Source: an uncultured Planctomycetia bacterium
Lineage (GTDB): Bacteria; Omnitrophota; Gorgyraeia; 2-02-FULL-51-18; JAGOUK01
DNA length: 64,000 nt
Direction: 5' to 3'
Assembly (NCBI GenBank): GCA_964430735.1
Contig: CAYSFB010000003.1
Coordinates: 66,039 to 130,038, forward strand
Shown here: positions 12,801 to 21,558 of the stretch, in pieces
Numbering within the stretch: position 1 is the stretch's first letter
Layout: each line of letters starts with the position of its first letter
Position numbers and translations under genes: made by a program
Notes under the pieces: model-generated
The model's database searches: none
The model's input: the letters and a program-made list of their open reading frames with translations, nothing else
What the model was told of the DNA's origin: nothing

Positions 12801-13354
12801 ACCTGCCGAATTTCCTCACACTCCTCCGCGTTCTCCTGACCGTTCTCTTTCTTTTTCTGATCTTCCGTCCGGGCGTGGAATTCAAGACGGCCGCGCTCGC
12901 CGTCTTCGCGTTGGCCGCGCTCACCGATTATCTGGACGGCCGCCTGGCCCGCAAATACGGCCTGATCACGCCGATCGGCCAGCTCATGGACCCCATCGCC
13001 GACAAAATCCTCGTCTTCGGAGCCTTCCTGGCCTTCGTGCAGCTCGGTGTCGTCCCCGCGTGGATCGTGATCGTGATGTTGTCCCGCGAGGTGCTCATCA
13101 CCGGCCTACGTCTCGTTGCCGCCAACCGCGGCATTGTCCTTCCGGCCCAGCCCAGCGGCAAGCACAAGACGATCCTGCAGCTGATCAGCATCCTCGCGAT
13201 TCTGGGTCTGCTCATCGTCCGCGAGCTCCCGGGCGGCGAACCGTATCTGCGCCCGGGATTCATCGCCGTCCACACGCTCCTGTACGTGGTGCTGGCCTGG
13301 ACGCTGTACAGCGGCGTCAAGTTCGTGGCATCGAACCGCAAGGTGTTGATGTGA
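12797..13354 (+). CDS. pgsA: CDP-diacylglycerol--glycerol-3-phosphate 3-phosphatidyltransferase
   Basis: CDP-alcohol phosphatidyltransferase motif D-x2-DG-x2-AR...G...D..AD. N-terminus MNLPNFLTLLRV like E. coli PgsA. Followed by pgpA. Confidence 0.85.
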   Translation: MNLPNFLTLLRVLLTVLFLFLIFRPGVEFKTAALAVFALAALTDYLDGRLARKYGLITPIGQLMDPIADKILVFGAFLAFVQLGVVPAWIVIVMLSREVLITGLRLVAANRGIVLPAQPSGKHKTILQLISILAILGLLIVRELPGGEPYLRPGFIAVHTLLYVVLAWTLYSGVKFVASNRKVLM

Positions 13355-13809
13355 AAAAGTTCCACGTTCTCATCGTCACTTCCGGCGGAGCGGGGCTGAT
13401 CCCGTTCGCGCCGGGGACCTGGGGGAGTCTGGTCGGCGTCGTGCTGGCGTGGCTGGCGGGGGACATGCAGTCGGTGTTTTTGCTGTTTGTGATCGCGACC
13501 TTCGCCGGAATCGCCCTGGCCCCGGACGCGCGGAAGCACTTTGGCGTCAAAGACCCTCAAAAATTCGTGATCGACGAGACGGCCGGTCAGCTTTTGGCCC
13601 TGGTCGCTCTGCCGTTGTCATGGCCGGTGATGACTGCGGGATTTTTACTGTTTCGTTGCTTCGATATTTTGAAGCCGATCGGGATTCGGCGCATCGACCG
13701 GTGGGAGCATCCGTCGGGGATGGTGCTGGACGATTTGGCCGCAGGGCTGGCCGCGAACCTGATTCTGCAGGCCCTGGTCCGGTTATTTCCGGGATTTTGG
13801 ATCGGGTAG
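13351..13809 (+). CDS. pgpA: phosphatidylglycerophosphatase A
   Basis: GTG at 13351 overlaps the pgsA stop (GTGA). Sequence LIVTSGGAGLIPFAPGTWGSLVGV is PgpA-like. Only the 3' part of track ORF 12697..13809 is real. Confidence 0.8.
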   Translation: MKKFHVLIVTSGGAGLIPFAPGTWGSLVGVVLAWLAGDMQSVFLLFVIATFAGIALAPDARKHFGVKDPQKFVIDETAGQLLALVALPLSWPVMTAGFLLFRCFDILKPIGIRRIDRWEHPSGMVLDDLAAGLAANLILQALVRLFPGFWIG

Positions 13810-15051
13810 ACTGCGGGCGAGGAGCAGGAGGGCGAGTTGGACCGTTTTGGTCCGGACGTCCGCCCGGCCTCCGAACAGATGGTGACGCTGGACGGTGACA
13901 CCGTTCGGGCCGGCCAACGCAATCCACACAAGTCCGACGGGCTTGGCGGCGGTCCCTCCGGCGGGGCCGGCGATGCCGGTCGTCGCCAGCGCATACGTGC
14001 TTCCGAATAATTTCCGTGTCCGGACCGCCATTTGGCGGGCGACGGCTTCGCTGACCGCTCCCTCCCGCTTCAAGATCTTTTCGTCGACCCCCAACAACCC
14101 CGTTTTAACCGCATTGTCGTAAGCCGTCACGCCGCCCAGGAAAAAATCCGAGCTGCCCGGGAGTTCCGTCGCGCGTCCGCTCAGGAGCCCGCCGGTGCAG
14201 GATTCGGCCGTCGCGAGGGTGTGTCCGGCGCGGGTGAGACGCGAGGCGACTCTGGACAGAAGCGTTTCGGGGCTTCGGAGGATCAGATGGCCGGGGAAGC
14301 GCGCGGCGATTTTGCGGGCGGCCGCTTCGGCCAGGCGCTCGGCCTCGCGCCCGTCGCGCCGCTTGCACATAACGACGAGTTCGACTTCGCCGGCCTTGGC
14401 GTAAATGCCCGTCGTGACGGGCGGCGGGGCGTTGAGCCAGTCGTTGACCTTGGGGGCGATCTCCGATTCCACGGCGCCGGGAAACGAGAGGCGTTTGACG
14501 ACGAGCGTTTCGCGGTCCGGACCGAGGATTTTTTTAAGCTTGGGAACCAGGTGATCGCGGACCATCGGATGAAGTTCCCGGGGCGGTCCCGGCAGGAGTG
14601 CTACGTGACACGTTTTATCCCGTCGCCGGACGGTGACGAAAATACCGGGAGCGGTTCCGTTGGGATTGGGAAAAGCGATGCCGCCGCGCGGCACCAGGGC
14701 CTGCCGGGCCTGAAACGCGTTCATGGTCCGGCCGCGGGATTCGAGCCGCCGCCGGATGGCTTCGTAAACGGCCGGGTTCGGGATCAGGTCGAGGCCGAGC
14801 GCCCGGGCGGCGGTGCGGGCGGTGATGTCGTCGTCGGTGGGGCCGAGTCCGCCCGTGAGGATGACGAGGTCCGAGCGGAACAGCGCGGCGGTCAGGGCGC
14901 TGCCGAGGCGGTGCGGGTTGTCTCCGAGCGTCACGGCTGTGTACAAATCGATGCCCAAAGCCCCCAGTTCCCTGGCCAAAAACTGCTGGTGGGTGTTGAG
15001 GGTGGAGCCGATCAGGAGTTCGGTGCCGACGTTGATGATTTCTGCGCGCAT
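13783..15051 (-). CDS. cinA: competence/damage-inducible protein CinA (MocF-like domain + CinA C-terminal NMN deamidase domain)
   Basis: Only convincing minus-strand gene. MRAEIINVGTELLIG...ILTGGLGPTDDD at the N-terminus, C-terminal CinA domain. Start taken at the internal Met (MRAEII); the track ORF extends 12 codons further to 15087. Confidence 0.85.
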   Translation of the reverse strand: MRAEIINVGTELLIGSTLNTHQQFLARELGALGIDLYTAVTLGDNPHRLGSALTAALFRSDLVILTGGLGPTDDDITARTAARALGLDLIPNPAVYEAIRRRLESRGRTMNAFQARQALVPRGGIAFPNPNGTAPGIFVTVRRRDKTCHVALLPGPPRELHPMVRDHLVPKLKKILGPDRETLVVKRLSFPGAVESEIAPKVNDWLNAPPPVTTGIYAKAGEVELVVMCKRRDGREAERLAEAAARKIAARFPGHLILRSPETLLSRVASRLTRAGHTLATAESCTGGLLSGRATELPGSSDFFLGGVTAYDNAVKTGLLGVDEKILKREGAVSEAVARQMAVRTRKLFGSTYALATTGIAGPAGGTAAKPVGLVWIALAGPNGVTVQRHHLFGGRADVRTKTVQLALLLLARSLPDPKSRK

Positions 15052-15114
15052 GGGCTTACTATAGACCATCCGCCGCGCCGACGACAAGACGCATTTCTGC
15101 TATACTGACTGCCC

Positions 15115-15564
15115 ATGGAAAACATGCCCGAGACCCCTTCCCAGGAACCGCCCCGTTCGCGGCCGCTCTCCGTCTGGCTCGTCAGCGGATGGTATTTTAT
15201 GTCCGGTTTTTTCAGCATCAGCATCCTCGCGGCCGTCCGTTCGCGTGTCGCGGAGCTGCCGGTGCCGATCGAGGGCGCTGTGGCTCCGGCGCAGCTGGAG
15301 ACGGGGGATTTGATCCTGGCGGCACTGCTCATCGCGATCAATCTGACGGGGGCGGGGTTTTTATTTTTGCTCAAAAAAACGGCGGTGCCGTTTTTCAAGC
15401 TCGCGTTGGCGCTGAACGTCGGTACCAATGTCTGGTATTTGATCAGCCGCGGCACGGGCGACCAACCGGCTTTAATTCTGCTGGGCGTCGTGCTCGGATG
15501 GCTGGTGGCCGCCTGCGTGTGCCGGTACGCGGACGGGCTGGTCCGGAAAGGAATACTGCGATGA
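15115..15564 (+). CDS. hypothetical integral membrane protein (3-4 TM helices)
   Basis: 149 aa with hydrophobic segments. High GC3. Stop overlaps the next gene start (ATGA). Confidence 0.55.
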   Translation: MENMPETPSQEPPRSRPLSVWLVSGWYFMSGFFSISILAAVRSRVAELPVPIEGAVAPAQLETGDLILAALLIAINLTGAGFLFLLKKTAVPFFKLALALNVGTNVWYLISRGTGDQPALILLGVVLGWLVAACVCRYADGLVRKGILR

Positions 15565-16151
15565 AGAAAAAGTTCTTATGCCTCGTGCTTGTGGCCGTGT
15601 GGGCGGCGGGAACGCCGGTCGTCCGGGCGGGCGAAGCTGCCGTCGAACAACCGTCCGCGGCGATCACGCCCGATCCGGCCGTCGTCGTGGACACGCTGGC
15701 CGAGTCCATCAAGGCGCCCGCGCGCACCCGCCGCATCGTCCGTCAGATCCTCGACGAGACCAACGACAGTTATCTGACCCTGTGGGCCGCCGATGTGGAG
15801 AGCTACGAGACTGGCGACGCCGAGGGCGCCACGCCCTTCGAAACCCGCGCGCGGAATTGGGAAAAGTTCTACCGCGAATCGGACCGGATGATCGATTACG
15901 ACCGTTTGGCGCAGGACTGCATTGGGGAGGTGTACCCGCGTTATTTCAGCGCCGAAGAACTGGGTGAACTCGTGTCCTTCCTGTCGAACCCGACCAAGAC
16001 GCGCGCGGACATCACCGTGTTCGCCAAGACGCCGCTGGGCCGGAAATACCGCGCGGTGCTCCGGCGCCTTTCGGACGAAACGTTTTTATATCTTCAACAC
16101 CGCGTTCGGTCGATGATCCAATCGGCCCTTAAAGGGGAGAAGTCCGCATGA
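15561..16151 (+). CDS. hypothetical secreted protein (DUF2059-like)
   Basis: ATG at 15561 inside track ORF 15189..16151. Signal peptide MKKKFLCLVLVAVWAAGTPVVRA. C-terminal FLSNPTKTRADITVFAKTPLGRKY resembles the DUF2059 FY.SP.G.K motif. Confidence 0.5.
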   Translation: MKKKFLCLVLVAVWAAGTPVVRAGEAAVEQPSAAITPDPAVVVDTLAESIKAPARTRRIVRQILDETNDSYLTLWAADVESYETGDAEGATPFETRARNWEKFYRESDRMIDYDRLAQDCIGEVYPRYFSAEELGELVSFLSNPTKTRADITVFAKTPLGRKYRAVLRRLSDETFLYLQHRVRSMIQSALKGEKSA

Positions 16152-16627
16152 AAATGTCGGCGGCAATGCTGGTTCTGGCCTTGTTGACGGTCTCGGCCCC
16201 GGTCGTGTCGGCTGAAGTTCCGGCGGGCGATTTGCCCGAAGTCGTCATGCAGGGCCTGGAGGGCTACATGCGCGCGGACGCCGAAACGGCGCTCAAGGCC
16301 TGGGTGGCCGGAGGACCATTGGACAGCGACGAGTTCGTTGCGGCTCAGGCTTCGGGGCTGCATCGGATCGAAGAGTTTTATGGGAAGTACAAAGGCTACG
16401 AGCCGATTCGGGTTGCCGCCATCACGCCGCGCCTGAAGGCAGTGTATCTGGCGATGTACTTCGAAAAAGGCGCCGCATTTTGTTACATGCTTTGTTTTAA
16501 ATCCGACGGTGGCCGCTGGATCGTGTCGGACTTTGACGGCAGCACGACGCCCCGGCGAATTTTGCCGGAATACGGCGCTGTTGCCGCCCCGATGGCCTCC
16601 GGGCCGGGCGCGGGCGGAAACGGCTGA
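16148..16627 (+). CDS. hypothetical secreted protein
   Basis: Signal peptide MKMSAAMLVLALLTVSAPVVSA. ATGA overlap with the upstream gene. Confidence 0.5.
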   Translation: MKMSAAMLVLALLTVSAPVVSAEVPAGDLPEVVMQGLEGYMRADAETALKAWVAGGPLDSDEFVAAQASGLHRIEEFYGKYKGYEPIRVAAITPRLKAVYLAMYFEKGAAFCYMLCFKSDGGRWIVSDFDGSTTPRRILPEYGAVAAPMASGPGAGGNG

Positions 16628-16629
16628 CC

Positions 16630-17322
16630 ATGCGCTGGCAACGGTCCGCTGTCGTTGCGCTTTGGCTGACGGGAGCGGTCTTTCTTTTGCCGGCCGCATC
16701 CTCCGCCTCCGCCGAGCGCTCGATTCAGGAGATCCGCGATGAGGACGGTCTGTTGACCGAAACCCACGCCGTGGCCGGTTCCCGGCTGCACGGCTGGTCC
16801 CGTCGTTATTACCCCAATGGAAAAGTGCTCGAAGAAGTGGTCATGCGGAACGGAAAACCGTTCGGCCGCTACCGTTATTTTGATCCGGACGGGACGCTGC
16901 TCATCGAGGGGCGTTACCGGGACGGCGCGCTCGACGGCGTTTATAAAAAGTATTATCCCGGCGGCGCGCTGTCCGACGAGTGGTTCTACCGCTCGGGGCA
17001 GGCGGTTGGCGTCGGTAAAAAATATTACGAGTCCGGCGCGGTGCGCGAAACGTCGCCTTATGCGGGCGGAAAAGTGAACGGATGGGTCAAAAGTTTTGAT
17101 CCCAATGGGATGCTCAAGGCCGAACTCTTTCATGTCGACGGGGTCGCGGAAGGCGAAGGGCGGTTCTACAAGGACGACGGCAAGCTCGGCATCGTCAAGG
17201 AGTACCGCAAGGACAAGGTTGACGGCTGGGTGCGTTTTTATGACGACCGGGGCAAGGTGACCGAGCGGCAGTTTTTTGAAGGTGGCCGCCGCGTCGACAA
17301 CGGGAATCTTCCGGTCGAATGA
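16630..17322 (+). CDS. secreted MORN-repeat (MORN_2 / YwqK-like) protein
   Basis: Signal peptide, then about 7 repeats of the G-x-W/Y-x2-YY-x-NG type (RRYYPNGKV, YRYFDPDGTL, YKKYYPGGAL, KKYYESGAV, VKSFDPNGML, GRFYKDDGKL, VRFYDDRGKV). Stop overlaps the tex start. Confidence 0.7.
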   Translation: MRWQRSAVVALWLTGAVFLLPAASSASAERSIQEIRDEDGLLTETHAVAGSRLHGWSRRYYPNGKVLEEVVMRNGKPFGRYRYFDPDGTLLIEGRYRDGALDGVYKKYYPGGALSDEWFYRSGQAVGVGKKYYESGAVRETSPYAGGKVNGWVKSFDPNGMLKAELFHVDGVAEGEGRFYKDDGKLGIVKEYRKDKVDGWVRFYDDRGKVTERQFFEGGRRVDNGNLPVE

Positions 17323-19550
17323 CGACGGCCGCGGTCCTGGAGCCGGGCGCGGTGCCCATCGAGCGGCAGCTCGCCGAGGAGCTCAAGCTCACGCCGTCGC
17401 AGATTTGGGCGGCGATCAAGCTCTTGGACGGCGGCGCGACCGTGCCGTTCATCGCGCGCTACCGCAAGGAACAGACCGGCGGGATGAGCGACACGCATCT
17501 GCGCCAGCTGGCCGAGCGCCTCGAGTATGTCCGCGACTTGGAAGAGCGCCGGACCCACATCCTTCAGACCATCGGCGATCAGGGCAAACTCACGCCCGAC
17601 CTCAAGGCGCGCATCCAGGCCGCCGCGACCAAAACCGCGCTCGAAGACATCTACCTTCCGTTCAAACCCAAGAAGAATTCCAAGGCCCAGGCCGCGCGCG
17701 ACTCGGGACTCGAGCCGCTGGCGGACCTTTTGCTCGCCGAGGCCCCCGAGCCTGTCGCGGCGGCGAAGGCGTTCGTCGACCCGGCGAAGAATGTGGCGGA
17801 CACGACGGCAGCCCTGGCGGGCGCGCGCGACATTTTGGTCGAGCGATTTGCGGAGGACGCGGAGCTGGTCGGGGCGCTGCGCGACAAATTCAAGGCGGCG
17901 GGACTCGTGATCACGCGCCGCAAGGAAAAGTTCGCTCCCGAAGTGAAGTCGGAGGACGCGGCCAAATTCATGGACTACTTCGACTACAAGGAACCGATTT
18001 CCAAGATCCCGCCGCACCGGGTGCTCGCCGTTCTGCGCGGCCGCTCCGAAAAGATCCTCGACGCCGAACTCATGCCGGACCAGATGGCGCTGTACTCCGG
18101 GAACCCGGCTTCCGCCGAGGAGGCGTGCGCGCAGGTCGTGATGCGCCGGTTCGGGATCGCCGTGTCGCGCCGGCCGGGCGAGGGCTGGCTCATCGACACC
18201 GCGAAGCTGGCGTGGAAATTCAAGATCCGGATGCGTATCGAGCTCGACTTGTGGACATGGCTGCGCGAGACGGCGGAGGCGGAGGCCATCAAGGTTTTTG
18301 CCGATAATCTGCGGAGTTTGCTCTTGGCGGCGCCGGCGGGGCCGCGCGTGACGCTGGGGCTGGATCCGGGTTTCCGAACCGGCGTGAAGTGGGCGGTGGT
18401 CGACAAGACCGGCAAGACCGTCGGGACGGGAGCGGTTTTTCCCCATCCTCCTCAGGACGATTGGGGGATGTCCATCAAGACGCTCGCGGCGGTTTGTCAG
18501 AAGTTCGGTGTCGAACTCATCGCCATCGGCAACGGCACCGCGTCCCGCGAAACGGACAAGCTGGCGGGCGATCTTCTCAAGGCCTTTCCGGCCATCAAGG
18601 CCCAAAAATTGATCGTATCGGAAGCCGGCGCCTCCGTGTATTCGGCGTCGGAGCTGGCCTCCCAGGAATTGCCGGACTTGGACGTGAGTTTGCGCGGCGC
18701 AGTCTCGATCGCGCGCCGGCTGCAGGACCCGCTCGCCGAACTCGTCAAGATCGACCCCAAATCCATCGGTGTCGGCCAGTATCAGCACGACGTCAACCAG
18801 TCGCGGCTGGCCAAGTCCCTTGGCGCCGTCGTCGAGGACTGCGTGAACGCGGTGGGTGTCGACGTGAACACCGCGTCGCCGTCGCTCTTGTCGTTCGTTT
18901 CGGGACTTTCGACGCGGACAGCGAAGTCCATCGTCGACTTCCGGAACAAGATGGGCGCGTTCAAAGACCGCAAGGACTTCCTCAAGATCAGCGACTTCGG
19001 GCCCAAGGCCTTCGAGCAGGCGGCCGGCTTCCTGCGCATCCGGGGCGGGTCCAACCCGCTCGACGCATCCGGTGTTCACCCGGAATCCTATCCGGTCGTC
19101 GAGCGGATTCTCGAGAAGTCGGGCCGGCCGATGGCGGAGCTGCTCGGCAATGCCCGGGTTTTGTCAGACCTGAAGCCGGAAGCGTTTACGGACGAGAAGT
19201 TCGGCCTTCCCACCGTGCGCGATATTCTGGCCGAGCTCGAAAAACCGGGCCGCGACCCCCGGCCGGAGTTCAAGACGGCGACGCTGCGCGACGATGTGAC
19301 CCAGATCGGGGACTTGAAGCCGGGGATGACGCTCGAAGGCACGGTGACGAACGTGGCGAACTTCGGTTGCTTCGTCGACATCGGCGTCCATCAGGACGGG
19401 CTGGTCCACGTGTCGGAGTTGGCGAACTTTTTCGTCAAGGATCCGCGCGAGGTTGTGCGCGCCGGCCAAATCGTCAAAGTCCGCGTTCTCGAAGTCGACG
19501 CCGCGCGCAAGCGCATCTCGCTTTCGATGAAGGGCGCGGGAAAGAAATAG
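17319..19550 (+). CDS. tex: transcription accessory protein Tex (HTH, YqgF/RuvC-like, HhH, S1 domains)
   Basis: 743 aa. N-terminal FIARYRKEQTGG, C-terminal S1 domain (GTVTNVANFGCFVDIG...VHVSEL). Confidence 0.9.
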   Translation: MTTAAVLEPGAVPIERQLAEELKLTPSQIWAAIKLLDGGATVPFIARYRKEQTGGMSDTHLRQLAERLEYVRDLEERRTHILQTIGDQGKLTPDLKARIQAAATKTALEDIYLPFKPKKNSKAQAARDSGLEPLADLLLAEAPEPVAAAKAFVDPAKNVADTTAALAGARDILVERFAEDAELVGALRDKFKAAGLVITRRKEKFAPEVKSEDAAKFMDYFDYKEPISKIPPHRVLAVLRGRSEKILDAELMPDQMALYSGNPASAEEACAQVVMRRFGIAVSRRPGEGWLIDTAKLAWKFKIRMRIELDLWTWLRETAEAEAIKVFADNLRSLLLAAPAGPRVTLGLDPGFRTGVKWAVVDKTGKTVGTGAVFPHPPQDDWGMSIKTLAAVCQKFGVELIAIGNGTASRETDKLAGDLLKAFPAIKAQKLIVSEAGASVYSASELASQELPDLDVSLRGAVSIARRLQDPLAELVKIDPKSIGVGQYQHDVNQSRLAKSLGAVVEDCVNAVGVDVNTASPSLLSFVSGLSTRTAKSIVDFRNKMGAFKDRKDFLKISDFGPKAFEQAAGFLRIRGGSNPLDASGVHPESYPVVERILEKSGRPMAELLGNARVLSDLKPEAFTDEKFGLPTVRDILAELEKPGRDPRPEFKTATLRDDVTQIGDLKPGMTLEGTVTNVANFGCFVDIGVHQDGLVHVSELANFFVKDPREVVRAGQIVKVRVLEVDAARKRISLSMKGAGKK

Positions 19551-19551
19551 G

Positions 19552-20616
19552 ATGAAAATGACGGGACTCCTCGCGGCGTTCGTGCTTCTCGCGGTTCTCG
19601 TGGCGGCCGGGGCCGGGGCATGGATCTGGAAGGCGTCGTCCGACGCGGCGCGCCGGGATGCGAGTCCGTTCGGCGTTTTGGACTTTTTGGCCTGGGATCA
19701 CGACTGGAACGGCGGCCATTACGGCGGCGGCAAGGCGCTTCGTGCCGTTCAAAAGATGAAGGAAGCCGGAATCGATTGGATCCGCATCGATATTCTGTGG
19801 TCCGACGTGGAGCCGGTCCAAGGGCGCTGGGACTTCACCAAATACGACCGGCTCGTCGATCTGCTGCACGGCAACGGCATCCGGGTGCTGGCCATGCTGC
19901 ATTACAACGCCGCGTGGGCAGGCGAGTGGAATACGCCGCCGGACCCGGAGGCCTTTACGCGGTATGCGGCGACGGTCGTGAACCGGTACCGCGGCCGGAT
20001 CCGTCACTGGGAAATCTGGAACGAGCCGAACATGGATATCTACTGGAAGCCGCAGGACGGGATGCGCGGCTATGCGGCGCTCATGCAAAAAGTTTATCCC
20101 GCGATCAAGCGCGAAGACCCGCGCGCCCGGGTGCTCATCGGCGGACTCACGATGGTTCCGGAAAAGTCGCTCGAGGATTTTTACCGCAACGGCGGAGCGG
20201 GGACGTTCGACATCGCGAACCTCCACCCGTTCGTGGATCCGCTGGACCGCAATGCGATCCAGGTTCTTAAGGGAAAAGTGGACCGCTTCCGCGCGGTGCT
20301 GGACAAGCACGGCGACGGAGCCAAGCCGATCTGGATCACCGAGATCGGCTGTCCGGGCGTGCCGGACCCGGCCGCTTCGCCGGCCTGGTGGATGGGGCGC
20401 AATCCGCTCGAGGCCGAGCAGGCGGAATGGGTGACGCGCTTGTACGGCGAGCCGCTGGGCTGGCCCGGCGTCGAAAAAATCTTCTGGGCGTTTTTCCGGG
20501 ACACGCCGGATCACTTTCATGTCGGAACCGACTTCTTCGGTCTCGTGCGTTCGGATTTTTCTGAAAAGCCCTCCTTCGCCGCTTACCGCGATGCGGTTCG
20601 CCGGCATCGCCGCTAA
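19552..20616 (+). CDS. secreted glycoside hydrolase, clan GH-A (GH5-like) fold
   Basis: N-terminal signal/anchor. Catalytic acid motif WEIWNEPN and nucleophile motif ITEIG. Confidence 0.55.
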   Translation: MKMTGLLAAFVLLAVLVAAGAGAWIWKASSDAARRDASPFGVLDFLAWDHDWNGGHYGGGKALRAVQKMKEAGIDWIRIDILWSDVEPVQGRWDFTKYDRLVDLLHGNGIRVLAMLHYNAAWAGEWNTPPDPEAFTRYAATVVNRYRGRIRHWEIWNEPNMDIYWKPQDGMRGYAALMQKVYPAIKREDPRARVLIGGLTMVPEKSLEDFYRNGGAGTFDIANLHPFVDPLDRNAIQVLKGKVDRFRAVLDKHGDGAKPIWITEIGCPGVPDPAASPAWWMGRNPLEAEQAEWVTRLYGEPLGWPGVEKIFWAFFRDTPDHFHVGTDFFGLVRSDFSEKPSFAAYRDAVRRHRR

Positions 20617-20703
20617 AAAGTTATCCACATTTGAATAAATCCGCGGTTCTCGTCCGTCTATAGGGTGAGAAGGGGCCGCGATACCAAGGCCCCAAAATAA
20701 TAA

Positions 20704-20733
20704 TTGACAACTGAACGGTCGTTCAGTAATAAT
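20704..20733 (+). promoter_or_regulatory. lexA promoter (TTGACA-17-TAATAA) with LexA operator CTGAACGGTCGTTCAG (GAAC-N4-GTTC) in the spacer
   Basis: Seen directly. -35 TTGACA 20704-20709. Palindromic box 20711-20726. -10 TAATAA 20727-20732. RBS CAGGAG 20751-20756. lexA ATG 20765. Confidence 0.7.
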
Positions 20734-20764
20734 TGCTTCTGTCAGCTAAACAGGAGTTAAAAAT

Positions 20765-21343
20765 ATGGGCCGCAAGACAATAGACCTCAAAGAAGCCGCA
20801 GAAGTGATCCGGGACTTTTACCGGGCGGAAGGCCGGATGCCCTCCTTCACCGAGGTGGCCGAGACGTTCGGCTACAAATCCAAGAATGCCGCGTTTGAGC
20901 TGGTCGAAAAGCTGGTCGACAACGGCCTCCTGAGCAAGGACGCCCGGGGCCGGTTGCGGCTGGCGTCGGCCGGGGTCCGGGTCCTCGGCACGGTTCAGGC
21001 GGGGCTGCCCACGGCCGCCGAAGAGGACTTTTCGGAAACCGTGAGTCTGGACAGCTACCTGGTCGAGCGGCCGGAGTCGACTTTTTTGGTCAAGGTGCAG
21101 GGCGACTCGATGATCGACGCCGGGATCCGCGAAGGGGACATGGTCCTCGTCGAACGCGGACGGACGGCCAAGGAAGGCGACATCGTCGTCGCGCGCGTGG
21201 ACGGCGAATGGACGCTCAAGACTTATGAAAAACGTGAGGGCCGGCCGGTGCTGGTCCCGGCCAACAAACGCTATTCCATGATCCGTCCGCAGGAGGAATT
21301 GACCTTCGGCGGCGTGGTCATCGGATCTGTGAGGAAATACTAA
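20765..21343 (+). CDS. lexA: LexA repressor
   Basis: N-terminal winged HTH. C-terminal S24 peptidase domain with VQGDSMIDAGI (Ser nucleophile) and the Lys dyad region. Confidence 0.9.
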   Translation: MGRKTIDLKEAAEVIRDFYRAEGRMPSFTEVAETFGYKSKNAAFELVEKLVDNGLLSKDARGRLRLASAGVRVLGTVQAGLPTAAEEDFSETVSLDSYLVERPESTFLVKVQGDSMIDAGIREGDMVLVERGRTAKEGDIVVARVDGEWTLKTYEKREGRPVLVPANKRYSMIRPQEELTFGGVVIGSVRKY

Positions 21344-21345
21344 CC

Positions 21346-21558
21346 ATGAAGACCCAGTCCGGTTATGTCACTCCCGCCGAAGCGGGCTATTTCACCACCC
21401 AGCAATGGGACAGCGCCTTCCGCGGCGCCTTCGAGCTGCTTCGCAGCGACGCCCGGTTCCGCAATCGCGGCAACATTTTGAACAAGTCCAAATCATCCAA
21501 AACCAACAACGGCTCGCGTCAAATGACCCAGGAGGCTACCCATGGCAAAGTCCGCTAA
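21346..21558 (+). CDS. small hypothetical protein (70 aa) between lexA and recA
   Basis: ATG 2 nt after the lexA stop. GC3 about 76%, matching the genome. No TM segment, basic/polar tail. Its 3' end carries the AGGAGG RBS of recA and overlaps the recA ATG by 17 nt. Confidence 0.5.
   Translation: MKTQSGYVTPAEAGYFTTQQWDSAFRGAFELLRSDARFRNRGNILNKSKSSKTNNGSRQMTQEATHGKVR

Noticed and set aside
12697-13350. 5' part of track ORF 12697..13809
   Set aside because: Alternate frame over rimO/pgsA with R/P-rich translation. The PgpA homology begins only at GTG 13351.
15189-15560. 5' extension of track ORF 15189..16151
   Set aside because: Overlaps the membrane-protein gene in another frame. The signal peptide and sensible start are at ATG 15561.
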